A stretch of DNA of 64,000 nucleotides from an uncultured Verrucomicrobiae bacterium (GCA_963786375.1 CAWAYP010000003.1:241215-305214); one strand, 5' to 3'. Counted from the stretch's first letter, positions 29,016-39,436 are shown. Translations and numbers: made by a program. The notes: a model not told the origin generated them from the sequence alone.

Positions 29016-31817
29016 ATGCACAATAAACTTTCTGCTCTCCTCGTGGCCATGGTTGCCGCGGGCCAGTTATCAACCCAGGCAACGCCCAGCGCGCCGGAAA
29101 AAGTCGCGGACGGCATCGTGGTTCCGCTCCCGGCCACCTTTCTCAAGGTGGAAGTCTATGCGGACAACGTGGTGCGCATCGCGTGCGCGAAGGACCGCGC
29201 GTTCTTTAATCGCCAGAGCGTGGTCACGGAACCCAAACGCGTCGTCAAAACCGATTGGTCGCTGAAGACCGAAAATGGCGAGGCCATCCTTGCCACCGCC
29301 CGGCTCCAAGTGCATGTGAATCTTGATACCGGCGCGGTTTCGTTTTTCGATGCCAACGGCAAAGCCATTCTGGCCGAAACGCCCGATGGCCGGACCATCA
29401 CGCCCGCCGAGGTGCAGGGTGTGCAAACCTTTTACGTGGGCCAGCAGTGGGAACCGAACGCCGGCGAATCGCTTTATGGCCTCGGCCAGCGCCAAATCGG
29501 CGTCCTCGACATCAAGGGCTACGACCTCGATTTGTGGCAGCACAACACGCACGTGGTGGTGCCATTGCTGGTGTCGAGCCGCGGTTACGGCGTGCTGTGG
29601 GACAACCTCTCCTACACGCGTTTTGGCGACCTGCGCGAATTTGAACCCATCCCGCCGGACTGCCTGATGGACGCGTCCAACCAACCCGGCGGGCTGACCA
29701 CCGGCACGTTTACGCCCGACCAGCCCGATCAGTTGGAAGATGTGCATACAACCAATGAAATCACCTTCGCGTCCCACGATCGCGACGGCGCACGCGGCTG
29801 GACACGGTGGGAGGGCGAAATCGTCGCGCCGACCAACGGCGATTATCAACTGAAGACCTACTCGAACGGCCGCATCAAGGTCTGGCTGGACGGCAAGGTC
29901 GTCATTGACCACTGGCGGCAGAACTGGCTGACGGCTGAAGATCAAATCAAGGTTCGCCTCGAAGCTGGACACCATTATCCCATCAGGATCGAGTCCGGCG
30001 GCGATCAGCGGTCCACCATGGAACTGACCTGGAAAACACCCGACCCGAATGAGAACACGTCCCTGTGGTCCCAGGTGGGCGGCGGGGTGGATTATTATTT
30101 CATTTACGGCCCGGCGCTCGACCAGGTCGTGGCCGGGTTCCGCAGCCTCACCGGCCAGGCGCCGATGATGCCGGAGTGGGCGTTCGGTCTGTGGCAGTCG
30201 CGGCAGCGTTACGAGACATCCACGCAAAGTCTCGAGGTTGTTAAAGAATATCGCCAGCGCGCCATTCCGTTCGACGACATCGTGCAGGACTGGCAATACT
30301 GGCCGCCCGACAAGTGGGGTTCTCATTTGTTCGATACGAATCGCTTTCCAGACCCGGTCGGCTGGCTCAAGGAACTGCATGCGCTCCACACCCACGTCAT
30401 GATTTCCGTCTGGGGAAAATTCTACACGGGCACGGGCAACTTTGACGCGATGCAGAAGGCCGGCTACCTGTATCAACCGAACCTCAAGGAAGGCATCTCG
30501 GATTGGATCGGTTATCCCTATACTTTTTACGACGCGTTCAATCCCAGTGCCCGCAAGCTGTTCTGGTCGCAAATCAACACCGCGCTGTTCAGCAAGGGTA
30601 TTGACGCCTGGTGGCTGGACGCCAGCGAGCCTGACCTGACGCCGTCGCCGCCGACGCTGGAAGGGCAGCTCACCCACATGAACCCGACGGCAATGGGACC
30701 GGCGTCGAAGGTGCTAAATGGTTATCCGCTGATGAACAGCATGGCGGTTTATGAAGGACAACGCGAGGCGGCGCCCAACCAGCGCGTGTTCGTCCTCACG
30801 CGTTCCGGCTTTGCCGGGAGCCAGCGTTATGCCGCCGCCACCTGGTCCGGCGACGTCACCTGCACCTGGACCGCACTGCGCAAGCAGATTCCCGCCGGCC
30901 TGGGCTTCTGCCTCTCCGGCATCCCGTATTGGACCAGCGACAGCGGCGGGTACACCATGGAATCGCGGTTCTCGGCGGAGAATCCGAAACCGGCCGATTT
31001 TCAGGAGTGGTGCGAGTTGAACGCGCGCTGGTTCGAGTTTGCCACCTTTTGTCCGTTGACGCGGTTGCACGGCGAATTGAAACCGCGCGAGCCGTGGACT
31101 TTTGGCGGCGACTCCGGCCCGGCTTATCAAACCATCGTCAAATTTGACAATCTGCGCTACCGGATGCTGCCTTATATTTATTCCGTTGCCGGTGCAGTGA
31201 CGCTGGACGGCGACACGATGATGCGACCGCTGGTCATGGACTTTCGTAGTGACGTAAAGGCCCGGGACGTCACCGATGAATACATGTTCGGTCCGGCGTT
31301 CCTGGTCGCGCCGGTCACCACCTACGAGGCGCGCAGCCGCAGCGTTTATCTGCCGTCCACCAGCGGCGGCTGGTACGATTTCTGGACTGGTGCGCCCACG
31401 GCGGGCGGACAGACCATTGACGCGGCGGCGCCTTACGACTCAATGCCGCTGTTCATTCGCGCCGGGGCCATCATTCCCTTCGGCCCGGAACTGCAATACA
31501 CCGGCGAGAAACCGGCCAACCCGATTACCCTTTATGTTTATGCGGGCGCAGACGGCAACTTTACGCTCTACGAAGACGATGGTCTGACCTACAATTACGA
31601 ACATGGCGCCTTTGCCTGCATTCCGATCAAGTGGGACAACAACTCCAAGACGTTGACCATCGGCAAGCGTGAAGGCAAGTTCCACGGCATGTTGACCAAA
31701 CGCACATTCAATGTCGTGCTGGTGGCCGGTGACAAGCCGGTCGGCTTTTCCTTCACACCGAAGGCGGATCAAACGGTCGTCTATCTCGGCAAAGAGGTGA
31801 AGGTCAAATTCAAATGA
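29016..31817 (+). CDS. GH31 alpha-xylosidase with PA14 insert (CjXyl31A/BoGH31A-type)
   Basis: Signal peptide, YGLGQ, PA14-like RWEGEI..PTNG.Y...RIKVWLDG, DIVQDWQYW, WWLDASEP, WSGD, PYWTSDSGG, YEDDG. Confidence 0.92.
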   Translation: MHNKLSALLVAMVAAGQLSTQATPSAPEKVADGIVVPLPATFLKVEVYADNVVRIACAKDRAFFNRQSVVTEPKRVVKTDWSLKTENGEAILATARLQVHVNLDTGAVSFFDANGKAILAETPDGRTITPAEVQGVQTFYVGQQWEPNAGESLYGLGQRQIGVLDIKGYDLDLWQHNTHVVVPLLVSSRGYGVLWDNLSYTRFGDLREFEPIPPDCLMDASNQPGGLTTGTFTPDQPDQLEDVHTTNEITFASHDRDGARGWTRWEGEIVAPTNGDYQLKTYSNGRIKVWLDGKVVIDHWRQNWLTAEDQIKVRLEAGHHYPIRIESGGDQRSTMELTWKTPDPNENTSLWSQVGGGVDYYFIYGPALDQVVAGFRSLTGQAPMMPEWAFGLWQSRQRYETSTQSLEVVKEYRQRAIPFDDIVQDWQYWPPDKWGSHLFDTNRFPDPVGWLKELHALHTHVMISVWGKFYTGTGNFDAMQKAGYLYQPNLKEGISDWIGYPYTFYDAFNPSARKLFWSQINTALFSKGIDAWWLDASEPDLTPSPPTLEGQLTHMNPTAMGPASKVLNGYPLMNSMAVYEGQREAAPNQRVFVLTRSGFAGSQRYAAATWSGDVTCTWTALRKQIPAGLGFCLSGIPYWTSDSGGYTMESRFSAENPKPADFQEWCELNARWFEFATFCPLTRLHGELKPREPWTFGGDSGPAYQTIVKFDNLRYRMLPYIYSVAGAVTLDGDTMMRPLVMDFRSDVKARDVTDEYMFGPAFLVAPVTTYEARSRSVYLPSTSGGWYDFWTGAPTAGGQTIDAAAPYDSMPLFIRAGAIIPFGPELQYTGEKPANPITLYVYAGADGNFTLYEDDGLTYNYEHGAFACIPIKWDNNSKTLTIGKREGKFHGMLTKRTFNVVLVAGDKPVGFSFTPKADQTVVYLGKEVKVKFK

Positions 31818-31852
31818 ATGATTGACCCTGATTGAGTCCAAATCTTTGCGAA

Positions 31853-34144
31853 ATGAGAAACAGGAAATTCATCAGCGGCAACCTGCGGCGTTTGCCGGCT
31901 GTTTTCGGTCTGGTCCTGTTGGGGCTGGGAACTGTTTGCGGAATTCTGCGCGCCCAGAATCAGCCGGGCCAATCGTCAAACCTGCCGCCGGCCCAGGAGC
32001 AACCCGTCCAGGTTCAACCGGTCGCGGAACCGCCGCCGCTTTATCTCGACACCAACCAGCCCATTGACCAGCGCGTCGAGGATTTGTTGGGCCGCATGAC
32101 GCTGGAGGAGAAAATATCCCAGATTCATGGCAATTCCATGTTCACCACCCCCGCGATCCCGCGGCTGGGCATACCTGTTCGCTGGCTTACCGACGGCCCG
32201 CAAGGCGTGCGCGAAGATGTCGGGCCGTACGACTGGAGGAGCGCCGGGCACACGGACGATTATGCCACCTATATGCCGGGCTTGAGCTCCCTGGCTTCGA
32301 CCTGGAACCTCGATCTGGCAACGGCTTTCGGCAACGTGTTGGGCCAGGAATCCCGGAAGCGCGGAAAAGACATCATTTTGGGTCCGATTGCCGACATCGT
32401 GCGCACGCCACTGTCCGGCCGGGTCTATGAATACTTTGGCGAAGACCCGTTCCTGAACGCGCGCATGTCGGTGAACTACATCCGCGGCGTGCAAACCAAC
32501 GACGTGGCGGCCTGCATCAAGCATTTTGTCGGGAATAATCAGGAAATGGGCCGGGCCACGCTCAACATGGACATGGATGAGCGCACGTTGCGGGAAATCT
32601 ACCTGCCGCCCTTCGAAGCGGCCGTCAAAGAGGCCCAAGTGTGGGCGGTCATGGGCGCCTACACCAAATTCCGCGGCGAGCACTGCGCCTACAGCGATTA
32701 TCTGATCAACAAAATCCTCAAGGGCGAACTTGGTTTCCAGGGACTGGTCATGTCGGATTGGGGCGGCACCTACAGCACGAAGGAGGCCGTCCTCGGCGGA
32801 CTGGACCTGGAGATGGGCACCCTGATTACCGGCACGGAACGGGAGCGGCCCTATGACGAGTACTACCTGGCCAAGCCGTTCCTGGAAGGCATCCGCGACG
32901 GGGAATATCCCGTGTCGCTCCTGGACGACAAAGTGCGGCGCAACCTGCGCGTCATGTTCGCCACGCATGTTTTTGACCAGCGCAAAACCGGCTCCATCAA
33001 CACGCCGGCGCACCAGGCCACCGCGTTGCGCGTCGCCGAAGAATCCATCGTTCTCCTGAAGAACGACAAAAACACGCTGCCCCTGGACGTGACCAAAATC
33101 AAGTCGCTCGCGGTCATTGGCGAGAACGCCGTGCATCACCATGCCACCGGCATGTTTGGCGCCGGTGTCAAGACCATGCATGAAATCACCCCCCTCGAAG
33201 GCATCGTGCAACGCGCGGGCACCAACCTGAACATCACCTACTCGATGGGTTACAGCGAACATCCTGCCGGTTCCAACCTGATCGAGCGCGCCGTTGCCGC
33301 CGCCAAACAGGCCGACGTCGCCGTCATCATCGCGGGTTTGCATCATTCCCGCTATCTGGACGACGAAGGCTGGGACCGCACCAATCTGCATCTGCCCTTC
33401 GGCCAGGACGAACTGATTCAAAAGGTTGTCAAAGCCAATCCCCGGACGATTGTGGTTTTGATTTCGGGTCCCGCCATTGAAATGGACCCATGGCTCGGCA
33501 AGGTGCCGGCCGTTCTGCAGGCCGGGTATCCGGGCATGGAAGGCGGCACGGCGATTGCCCGCGTCCTGTTCGGCGACGTGAACCCGTCAGGCAAACTGAC
33601 CGTGACGTATCCTAAAAAGTTGATGGATTCGCCCGCGCACGCGCTGGGCACGTATCCCGGCACCAACGGCACTCTGTTCTACCAGGAAGGCCTGCTGGTG
33701 GGCTATCGCTGGTTCGATGCGAAAGACATCAAACCGGAATTTCCGTTCGGCTTCGGTTTGAGCTACACCACGTTTAAATATTCCAACCTGAAACTCGTTC
33801 CGGGCCAGGACACCAACGGCCCGGTCGTGACGGCCCAACTCGACATTGCCAACACCGGTTCGCGCGCTGGCGCCGAGGTGGCGGAACTTTACATTCACCA
33901 GAACCACCCGAGCCTGCCGCGGCCACCAAAGGAACTGAAAGGATTTGCAAAAGTTTTTCTGAAACCGGGTCAGAAAAAGACCGTCTCCATCCCGCTCGAC
34001 CAGCGCTCTTTCGCCTTCTACGACCCGTCGCAGAACGGCTGGGTCTCCGAAGCCGGCAACTTCAAGATTCTGGTGGGCAGCTCGTCACGGGATATTCTCT
34101 TAAAGGACACCTTCCATCTGGCGCAAACCACGGTGGAGAAATAG
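31853..34144 (+). CDS. GH3 beta-glucosidase
   Basis: MTLEEK, TDGPQGVR, GRVYEYFGEDP, KHF, MSDWG, SIVLLKN, FPFGFGLSYTTF. Confidence 0.93.
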   Translation: MRNRKFISGNLRRLPAVFGLVLLGLGTVCGILRAQNQPGQSSNLPPAQEQPVQVQPVAEPPPLYLDTNQPIDQRVEDLLGRMTLEEKISQIHGNSMFTTPAIPRLGIPVRWLTDGPQGVREDVGPYDWRSAGHTDDYATYMPGLSSLASTWNLDLATAFGNVLGQESRKRGKDIILGPIADIVRTPLSGRVYEYFGEDPFLNARMSVNYIRGVQTNDVAACIKHFVGNNQEMGRATLNMDMDERTLREIYLPPFEAAVKEAQVWAVMGAYTKFRGEHCAYSDYLINKILKGELGFQGLVMSDWGGTYSTKEAVLGGLDLEMGTLITGTERERPYDEYYLAKPFLEGIRDGEYPVSLLDDKVRRNLRVMFATHVFDQRKTGSINTPAHQATALRVAEESIVLLKNDKNTLPLDVTKIKSLAVIGENAVHHHATGMFGAGVKTMHEITPLEGIVQRAGTNLNITYSMGYSEHPAGSNLIERAVAAAKQADVAVIIAGLHHSRYLDDEGWDRTNLHLPFGQDELIQKVVKANPRTIVVLISGPAIEMDPWLGKVPAVLQAGYPGMEGGTAIARVLFGDVNPSGKLTVTYPKKLMDSPAHALGTYPGTNGTLFYQEGLLVGYRWFDAKDIKPEFPFGFGLSYTTFKYSNLKLVPGQDTNGPVVTAQLDIANTGSRAGAEVAELYIHQNHPSLPRPPKELKGFAKVFLKPGQKKTVSIPLDQRSFAFYDPSQNGWVSEAGNFKILVGSSSRDILLKDTFHLAQTTVEK

Positions 34145-34182
34145 CTGTTGCTCAACTACAAAGCCCGCGAAGGGTGGGAGTG

Positions 34183-35949
34183 TCATTTCGCGTCCGGGAG
34201 GCAGGCCGCCAAGGCGTAAACTAGCGCGGAATTCCAGTTGATGGCAATTTCGTTTGACCGCGCGTCGTCTTGTTCGTCCTGCCAGCTCGTCGCGGTTGAA
34301 CTGGGGCCGCCCACCAGGTAACCGGGCCAGGGATCCACGATGTTGTCGGCGGCGGAACGGCGATCGTGCGGATGCATCGGCGGCCGGAACCCGACGCCGG
34401 TGACAAATGAACGGCAGTAATAGTTGCGGCCAAAGATGAAATTCAACGCGTCCTGAGATGCGGCGCGATATTCCGGTTCACTGGAGACTCCGTTCGTGTG
34501 CGTCAGGCGGTCGGCCGTCATCAGGATCATGGTCTGGCGCGCCACAAAACCGTTGTAGCCCCAACTGTAGAGCGAGCCAATCGGACTGGCGTAGCCGTCC
34601 TGGCGACAGTTGTGTACCGTGACATCCGCCAGGGCCAGCAGGTTGCTCCGCACCAGCGCCACCAGCGCCGGATCGCGACCGGGACGCTGGGAGGACAAAT
34701 ACTTCATCATTCCAAGATTTTTCACTTCATCCCAGTCGAACTCGAAATTGAACTGGCCATGGACCGACCGGATGCGGGTTTCGAGGTCGCGCAACGCATC
34801 GCGCGAGCCGGTGGTTTCCCAAAGTTCCGCCGCCGCCCACAACCGGTTGTTGGGAATGCCGTTCAAGCGGCCGGTGATCTCGCCGTTCTGCCGGATCTCA
34901 TACGCACCGGTGTGGACGTCAAACGGGTCCGGCCGATGAAAATCCGGGTGCGCCTTCAAAAACCGGTAACTTTTTTCGGACGCCTTCAAGCAACGATTGG
35001 CGAAGGCCCGGTCGTACGGCCGGTAAATCCGGGCCGCCTGCGCCGTCATGCCCATAAAATAAGCCGTGGCTTCGCTGCCCCACGGAGTGAAGTAGCGCGG
35101 GTCCTTCTCCTTTTCCGGCATGATGAACGGACCGAAGCGTTTGGTGGACACCTTGTGATACACCGAGCCGTCCTCCGCCTGCATCTTCAGCACCCAGTCC
35201 AGCTCCCATTTCACCTCCGCCAGAAAATCCGGCAGCTTGCCGCCGGACTCCGGGATTTGCAGCCGGACCTTGCGGATTTGCGGGCCGAAATCGTCCCAGG
35301 CCCGGAGCAGGGTGCCGACCGTGAGACCGGCGTTGACGGTGTATTTGTTGTAATCACCGGCATCGTGCCAGCCTTTCGTGCCGTCCTTCCGCACGTGTCC
35401 GCCGCCGACCAAATCCAGCCACGCGTCGTTCGTGTGGCAGGCGTCGTGGGCAAAGGTTTCACCATGGTACGTCGCGCGGACCGCGGTGCCGCAACGCCAG
35501 AGATAAAACCCGAGCATGACGGTCTGAAACGGTTCGCGATAAACGTCCGGCGCAATGCGGAACGGCGCGGACCGGCCCACGCCCGGCACCTCGAGTTGAT
35601 AATCGCCGGTTTGCGTGACGGTGGAGAAATCGGCGGTGTAAAGCTGTTCCTGCGTGTCCGGATCCAAACCCGGTCCGGTGGCCCTGCCATCGAAGACCGT
35701 TGAACCGTCGGCGACCCGAACCACGGCGAAATTCGTGCAAGCCGCGGCGATGGAAGCTTGTTTCTCCGCCTGCGGCAAATAACCAATGGTGTTGAGCCGG
35801 ATGGCAAGCGCCTCGTTGGTCTGTCCGGCCAGGTTCATCAGGGAAAGCGACAGAAAGGCAGCCGCCAGGCAAATCTTTCCGCCGCGTTGCCGGCCGGTTT
35901 TTGAGCGGACAATGAAACCGGCAGACACAAGGAAACGCGGAATTGTCAT
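34183..35949 (-). CDS. GH9 endoglucanase with N-terminal Ig-like domain (start uncertain)
   Basis: IRLNTIGY.P..EKQA, GWHDAGDYNKY, HPHDRRS and NEIAINWN catalytic motifs. Confidence 0.9.
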   Translation of the reverse strand: MTIPRFLVSAGFIVRSKTGRQRGGKICLAAAFLSLSLMNLAGQTNEALAIRLNTIGYLPQAEKQASIAAACTNFAVVRVADGSTVFDGRATGPGLDPDTQEQLYTADFSTVTQTGDYQLEVPGVGRSAPFRIAPDVYREPFQTVMLGFYLWRCGTAVRATYHGETFAHDACHTNDAWLDLVGGGHVRKDGTKGWHDAGDYNKYTVNAGLTVGTLLRAWDDFGPQIRKVRLQIPESGGKLPDFLAEVKWELDWVLKMQAEDGSVYHKVSTKRFGPFIMPEKEKDPRYFTPWGSEATAYFMGMTAQAARIYRPYDRAFANRCLKASEKSYRFLKAHPDFHRPDPFDVHTGAYEIRQNGEITGRLNGIPNNRLWAAAELWETTGSRDALRDLETRIRSVHGQFNFEFDWDEVKNLGMMKYLSSQRPGRDPALVALVRSNLLALADVTVHNCRQDGYASPIGSLYSWGYNGFVARQTMILMTADRLTHTNGVSSEPEYRAASQDALNFIFGRNYYCRSFVTGVGFRPPMHPHDRRSAADNIVDPWPGYLVGGPSSTATSWQDEQDDARSNEIAINWNSALVYALAACLPDAK

Positions 35950-36066
35950 GCGTGCAGTCAAACGGTTTTCAAATTCGCTGGCAAGCAGCAAAGGCCCGGA
36001 GCGCAGGCTGCTTTTTTGTCGGATTTGGCCTGACTTGCCGTGAAGGCTGTGATAGACTGTTGCTTT

Positions 36067-36480
36067 ATGACGACTCAAATTGGAGAAAACGCAATCATTG
36101 AAAAGACAAAGGCGCTCTGTCAGGCCATTGTTGACCAACCCGGCATGTCAACCATCCGGCAGCGCATTGACAGTTTTCTGTCCGACGCCGGCGCGCGCGG
36201 CCAGTACGAAACCTTGATGAGCCAGGGCCAGGCGCTTCAGGAGAAACAGGCGCAAGGCCGGGAACCGGAGAGCGCCGAAATTGCCGATTTTGAAAAACAC
36301 CGCGATGCGTTGTTGAACAATCCGGTCGCCCGCGGCTTTCTCGACGCCCGCGAGGAACTTCACAACATCCAGCATTCCATCCAAAAATACGTCTCCAAGA
36401 CGCTCGAACTGGGCCGTGTTCCCACGGCGGAGGACATGGAAGACCATTCCTGTGGTGACGGCTGCGGCTGTCATCATTGA
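36067..36480 (+). CDS. YlbF/YmcA (Ric-like) family protein
   Basis: Helical protein with KTKALCQAI, NPVARGFLDA.EEL and C-terminal HSCGDGCGCHH. Confidence 0.7.
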   Translation: MTTQIGENAIIEKTKALCQAIVDQPGMSTIRQRIDSFLSDAGARGQYETLMSQGQALQEKQAQGREPESAEIADFEKHRDALLNNPVARGFLDAREELHNIQHSIQKYVSKTLELGRVPTAEDMEDHSCGDGCGCHH

Positions 36481-36599
36481 AGTTTTTTGAACCGGCGGTT
36501 GGCGGCGGTTGAAATTTAAAGACTGCGTTTCAACGAAGAAAATCAGGGGGGCATTTTCATTCAGACACGCCTCAATTTCCGGCCGGACAATTTCGGGTC

Positions 36600-37046
36600 T
36601 CAGGGCTGGTTCGAATAAAACAGTTCGTGACGTTGGCCTCCAACTTCAATGACAACGGAATTGGTCTTGATTTCAATGCAGCGCACATGAATGCGGCCCA
36701 GGGGCACAATGACATCACCCTCGTCGCCGGCGGCAAACGTGTGGTTGTTGATAATGACCAGCCGATGATCCAGCAATCCGGAAAAGCCCTTTACCACGAG
36801 CGATGATATGTCAGCCACCCGGGGCTTGGCGACGACCGCGACCGCGTAAGGCCGGTTGGAGTCGGGAAAAAATGGATCACGTCCTTCCTTGGGACTTGCA
36901 GGAAGAATGAACACGGAACGGATGACATCGGTTTTGTCGGGTTGGATCGCCGGCGCGGCATTGACCACCAGTCCCATGGCATACCCAGTCGAGAGCACAA
37001 CCGTCATCGCATTTTTACTGAAAATTTTCATAGGCCGCTGTTTCAT
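36600..37046 (-). CDS. PilP/GspC-like protein
   Basis: GRDPFFP and VKGFSG..R.VIINNHTF..GDEG; last gene of the pilMNO-like operon. Confidence 0.55.
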   Translation of the reverse strand: MKQRPMKIFSKNAMTVVLSTGYAMGLVVNAAPAIQPDKTDVIRSVFILPASPKEGRDPFFPDSNRPYAVAVVAKPRVADISSLVVKGFSGLLDHRLVIINNHTFAAGDEGDVIVPLGRIHVRCIEIKTNSVVIEVGGQRHELFYSNQP

Positions 37047-37612
37047 GAGGAGGTGGATTTTACCAATGCGACTATGTCCATTTTGAATGAAAGCTTTTCA
37101 TTGCTGCCAGCGGTGTCAACAGGTTGTATTTGTAAATTGACCACCCGCGTGTGTGGAAACTTGTTTTCAAAATCGGCAATAAACTTGCCCAAGTCGTGGT
37201 AATAAGCCGTGCCGGTGACGGTAAATTTGACCTGCTCGAACGGAAAATCCGGTAACAAATCCATGGTTCCGACATCAGGGTGGCCGATGTCCGGAATGTC
37301 CACTCGATATGGCGCCTTAAACAGACGGATGGTGTTGTAGGTCCAGGAGTAAAGGTCCCCCGAGGCCATGTCACTTTCAGCGTCTGAAAGCGCTTGCGTC
37401 ACATTGGTCAACCCGGCGGCGACGGTGTCGACGTGTTTGATGGCGGTTTGAATGCCATCGAGCTTATCCCGGGCGTTTTTTTGGGCCGTGGCAATTTGGG
37501 AAAGCGCCGCGTATCGGGGTTGAATCAACTCGAACCACATTAAGACCACCACTACCACCGCGCAGACAAGCACGAGGACGAGCTGATTGCGTTTTTCCTT
37601 GGATAGTTTCAT
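37043..37612 (-). CDS. PilO-like protein
   Basis: N-terminal TM helix, coiled coil, and GTAYYHDLGKFIADFEN (PilO G.Y..LG.F motif). Confidence 0.7.
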   Translation of the reverse strand: MKLSKEKRNQLVLVLVCAVVVVVLMWFELIQPRYAALSQIATAQKNARDKLDGIQTAIKHVDTVAAGLTNVTQALSDAESDMASGDLYSWTYNTIRLFKAPYRVDIPDIGHPDVGTMDLLPDFPFEQVKFTVTGTAYYHDLGKFIADFENKFPHTRVVNLQIQPVDTAGSNEKLSFKMDIVALVKSTSS

Positions 37613-38280
37613 CGGGTCCGATCAGAATAGGTGCATTGCAGGGTGAACATCACGGACGGTTTGCCATCCGAGCCCAGTTGAGGCGGAGACAGGTTTGTCA
37701 GACGAACCCCATTGGTTTTGTCCAGTTCAGATTGAAAATACGATTGTTGGCTGACGGCATCCTTAAATTTGTTGACTTGATCTCCGGGGCTGCTGCTGTA
37801 GTCCCGCGCATCGAGGGTCACGACAATTTGTTCCGTAACGGTGCCATGATGGGCCGGCGCAACGCGGGTATCGCTGGCTTGAGGAGCGGCCGCCTCAGTG
37901 GCTACATACGTTTGATCCACCCGCAGTCTCATCAGTTGCACGCCGGGCACCGTAGTTTGTTGCAACGCATTCAACAGATTCCCTTGGAGAAAACGATCGT
38001 TGGTCAGTTTTTGCAATGCGGCTAAATTGTCTTTTGCTTTGGTAATCTCTCTTTGACTGATTAGGACCATTTGATAGGCATTGGTGTGCGATTGGATCTG
38101 CCCTTCAATTTGGGACAGGTTTGCGTGAGCCACCATGACCCGGAGTTGGAGCCAACTCCACCACACCAATATCAAAGCCACGACCAACAATCCCCCGAAA
38201 ATCACGCGCTTGATTGGGTCCCGCCGCCGCAAATACTCGGCAGCTTGGGCTTCAGCCAGTAGATTGAGATGTATTGGCAT
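37609..38280 (-). CDS. PilN-like protein
   Basis: IHLNLL N-terminal PilM-binding motif, TM helix and coiled coil; follows pilM. Confidence 0.7.
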   Translation of the reverse strand: MPIHLNLLAEAQAAEYLRRRDPIKRVIFGGLLVVALILVWWSWLQLRVMVAHANLSQIEGQIQSHTNAYQMVLISQREITKAKDNLAALQKLTNDRFLQGNLLNALQQTTVPGVQLMRLRVDQTYVATEAAAPQASDTRVAPAHHGTVTEQIVVTLDARDYSSSPGDQVNKFKDAVSQQSYFQSELDKTNGVRLTNLSPPQLGSDGKPSVMFTLQCTYSDRTR

Positions 38281-38283
38281 AAC

Positions 38284-39363
38284 TCAGAAGGCCGCCAGGG
38301 CGGCGCCGATGGCCACAGTCAGTTGCGGCGCGACGTGTTCAATCTCGACGGCCTGCTGTCCCGGCAACGCCAGTTGCAGGAAAGTCGTCGGGTTCCAAGC
38401 CTTGCAATCCACCACCAACTCGCTGTGCAGCATTTGCAGGATGAGTTCCGAACAGGCAGAGCCGCCGCTGACATAAACGTGCGACACCGGCCGGTCCTGC
38501 TGATGCTCAAAAAAATCTAGCGACGCCCGCAACTCGCGGCCCAGCGGCAGCACCTGCGTCTCCAGCGTGGACTGAATTTCCGGGGCCATGCCGATTTTGA
38601 TGCCTTCCGCTTCGGCATAACTGATATTCATCATTTCCGCCAATCCGGCCGTCAACTTATCGCCACCAATCGCAACCACCCGGCTCAATACCAATTCGCC
38701 TTGTTGCAGGATGCAAATCGAAGAATTTTTGAAACCAATGTCCACCAGCGCGACCGAGTCGTTAACAAAGGCTTCCGGCATGGCCATTTCAAAAGTGTTC
38801 ACCGGGCCAATCAGGCCCGGCACGATGTGATCGGCCACCAGTCCGGCGTCCCGGATCGCGGTTTGAAAGTCATCTATCAATTCCTTTTTGGCGCCGGCCA
38901 CCAATACTTTCAATTTGGGGATGGCAACGGTTTTGCCGGCGTCGGCAGGGTTGGGCAACGATTTTGGCGGAATAATATGACAGTCGAAAACGCGATTGGG
39001 CAAATCCTGCTGCAAATAACCACGCGTGTTGTTTTTCAACACCAGCCGCATCTCGTCCACCGGTATTTGCGGCAGTTCCACCGGCCGCACGATGGCGTCA
39101 TTGACGCCGAGGGACAAGGTGACGAATTTCGTTTTGGCCTGAAGCGCTTCGTGGACGGCTTTCAGATGTTCCGCCAGCAATTCCCGGGAAAGTGCCTTTT
39201 CGAAAATCGGCGCGTCCAGCAGCGCGTAGCGGGTTAAAGCGAAAACCTCACCCCGCCGTTCCATGAGCACAGCCTTGGTCGTGCGGCTTCCCAAATCAAT
39301 GGATATCATCTGGTTCCGCTTTTTTCCAGCGACACCATTCAGAAATGGCAAACCCAATTGCAT
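38284..39363 (-). CDS. pilM: type IV pilus assembly protein PilM
   Basis: SIDLGSRTTK, ALVDIG, SR...IGG..LT, AEAE..K, SGGSA, VAIGAAL. Confidence 0.88.
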   Translation of the reverse strand: MQLGLPFLNGVAGKKRNQMISIDLGSRTTKAVLMERRGEVFALTRYALLDAPIFEKALSRELLAEHLKAVHEALQAKTKFVTLSLGVNDAIVRPVELPQIPVDEMRLVLKNNTRGYLQQDLPNRVFDCHIIPPKSLPNPADAGKTVAIPKLKVLVAGAKKELIDDFQTAIRDAGLVADHIVPGLIGPVNTFEMAMPEAFVNDSVALVDIGFKNSSICILQQGELVLSRVVAIGGDKLTAGLAEMMNISYAEAEGIKIGMAPEIQSTLETQVLPLGRELRASLDFFEHQQDRPVSHVYVSGGSACSELILQMLHSELVVDCKAWNPTTFLQLALPGQQAVEIEHVAPQLTVAIGAALAAF

Positions 39364-39419
39364 TTTTAGTCGTCCAGTTTTAGTTACGTGCGGCTTTCAA
39401 ACAGATTCCCCGCAAGTTC

Positions 39420-39436
39420 AGCAATCGCCGCGCCAG
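39420..39436 (-). promoter_or_regulatory. sigma-54 promoter of the pilM operon
   Basis: Minus strand CTGGCGCG-GCGA-TTGCT matches the TGGCACG-N4-TTGCW consensus, ~56 nt upstream of pilM. Confidence 0.7.
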
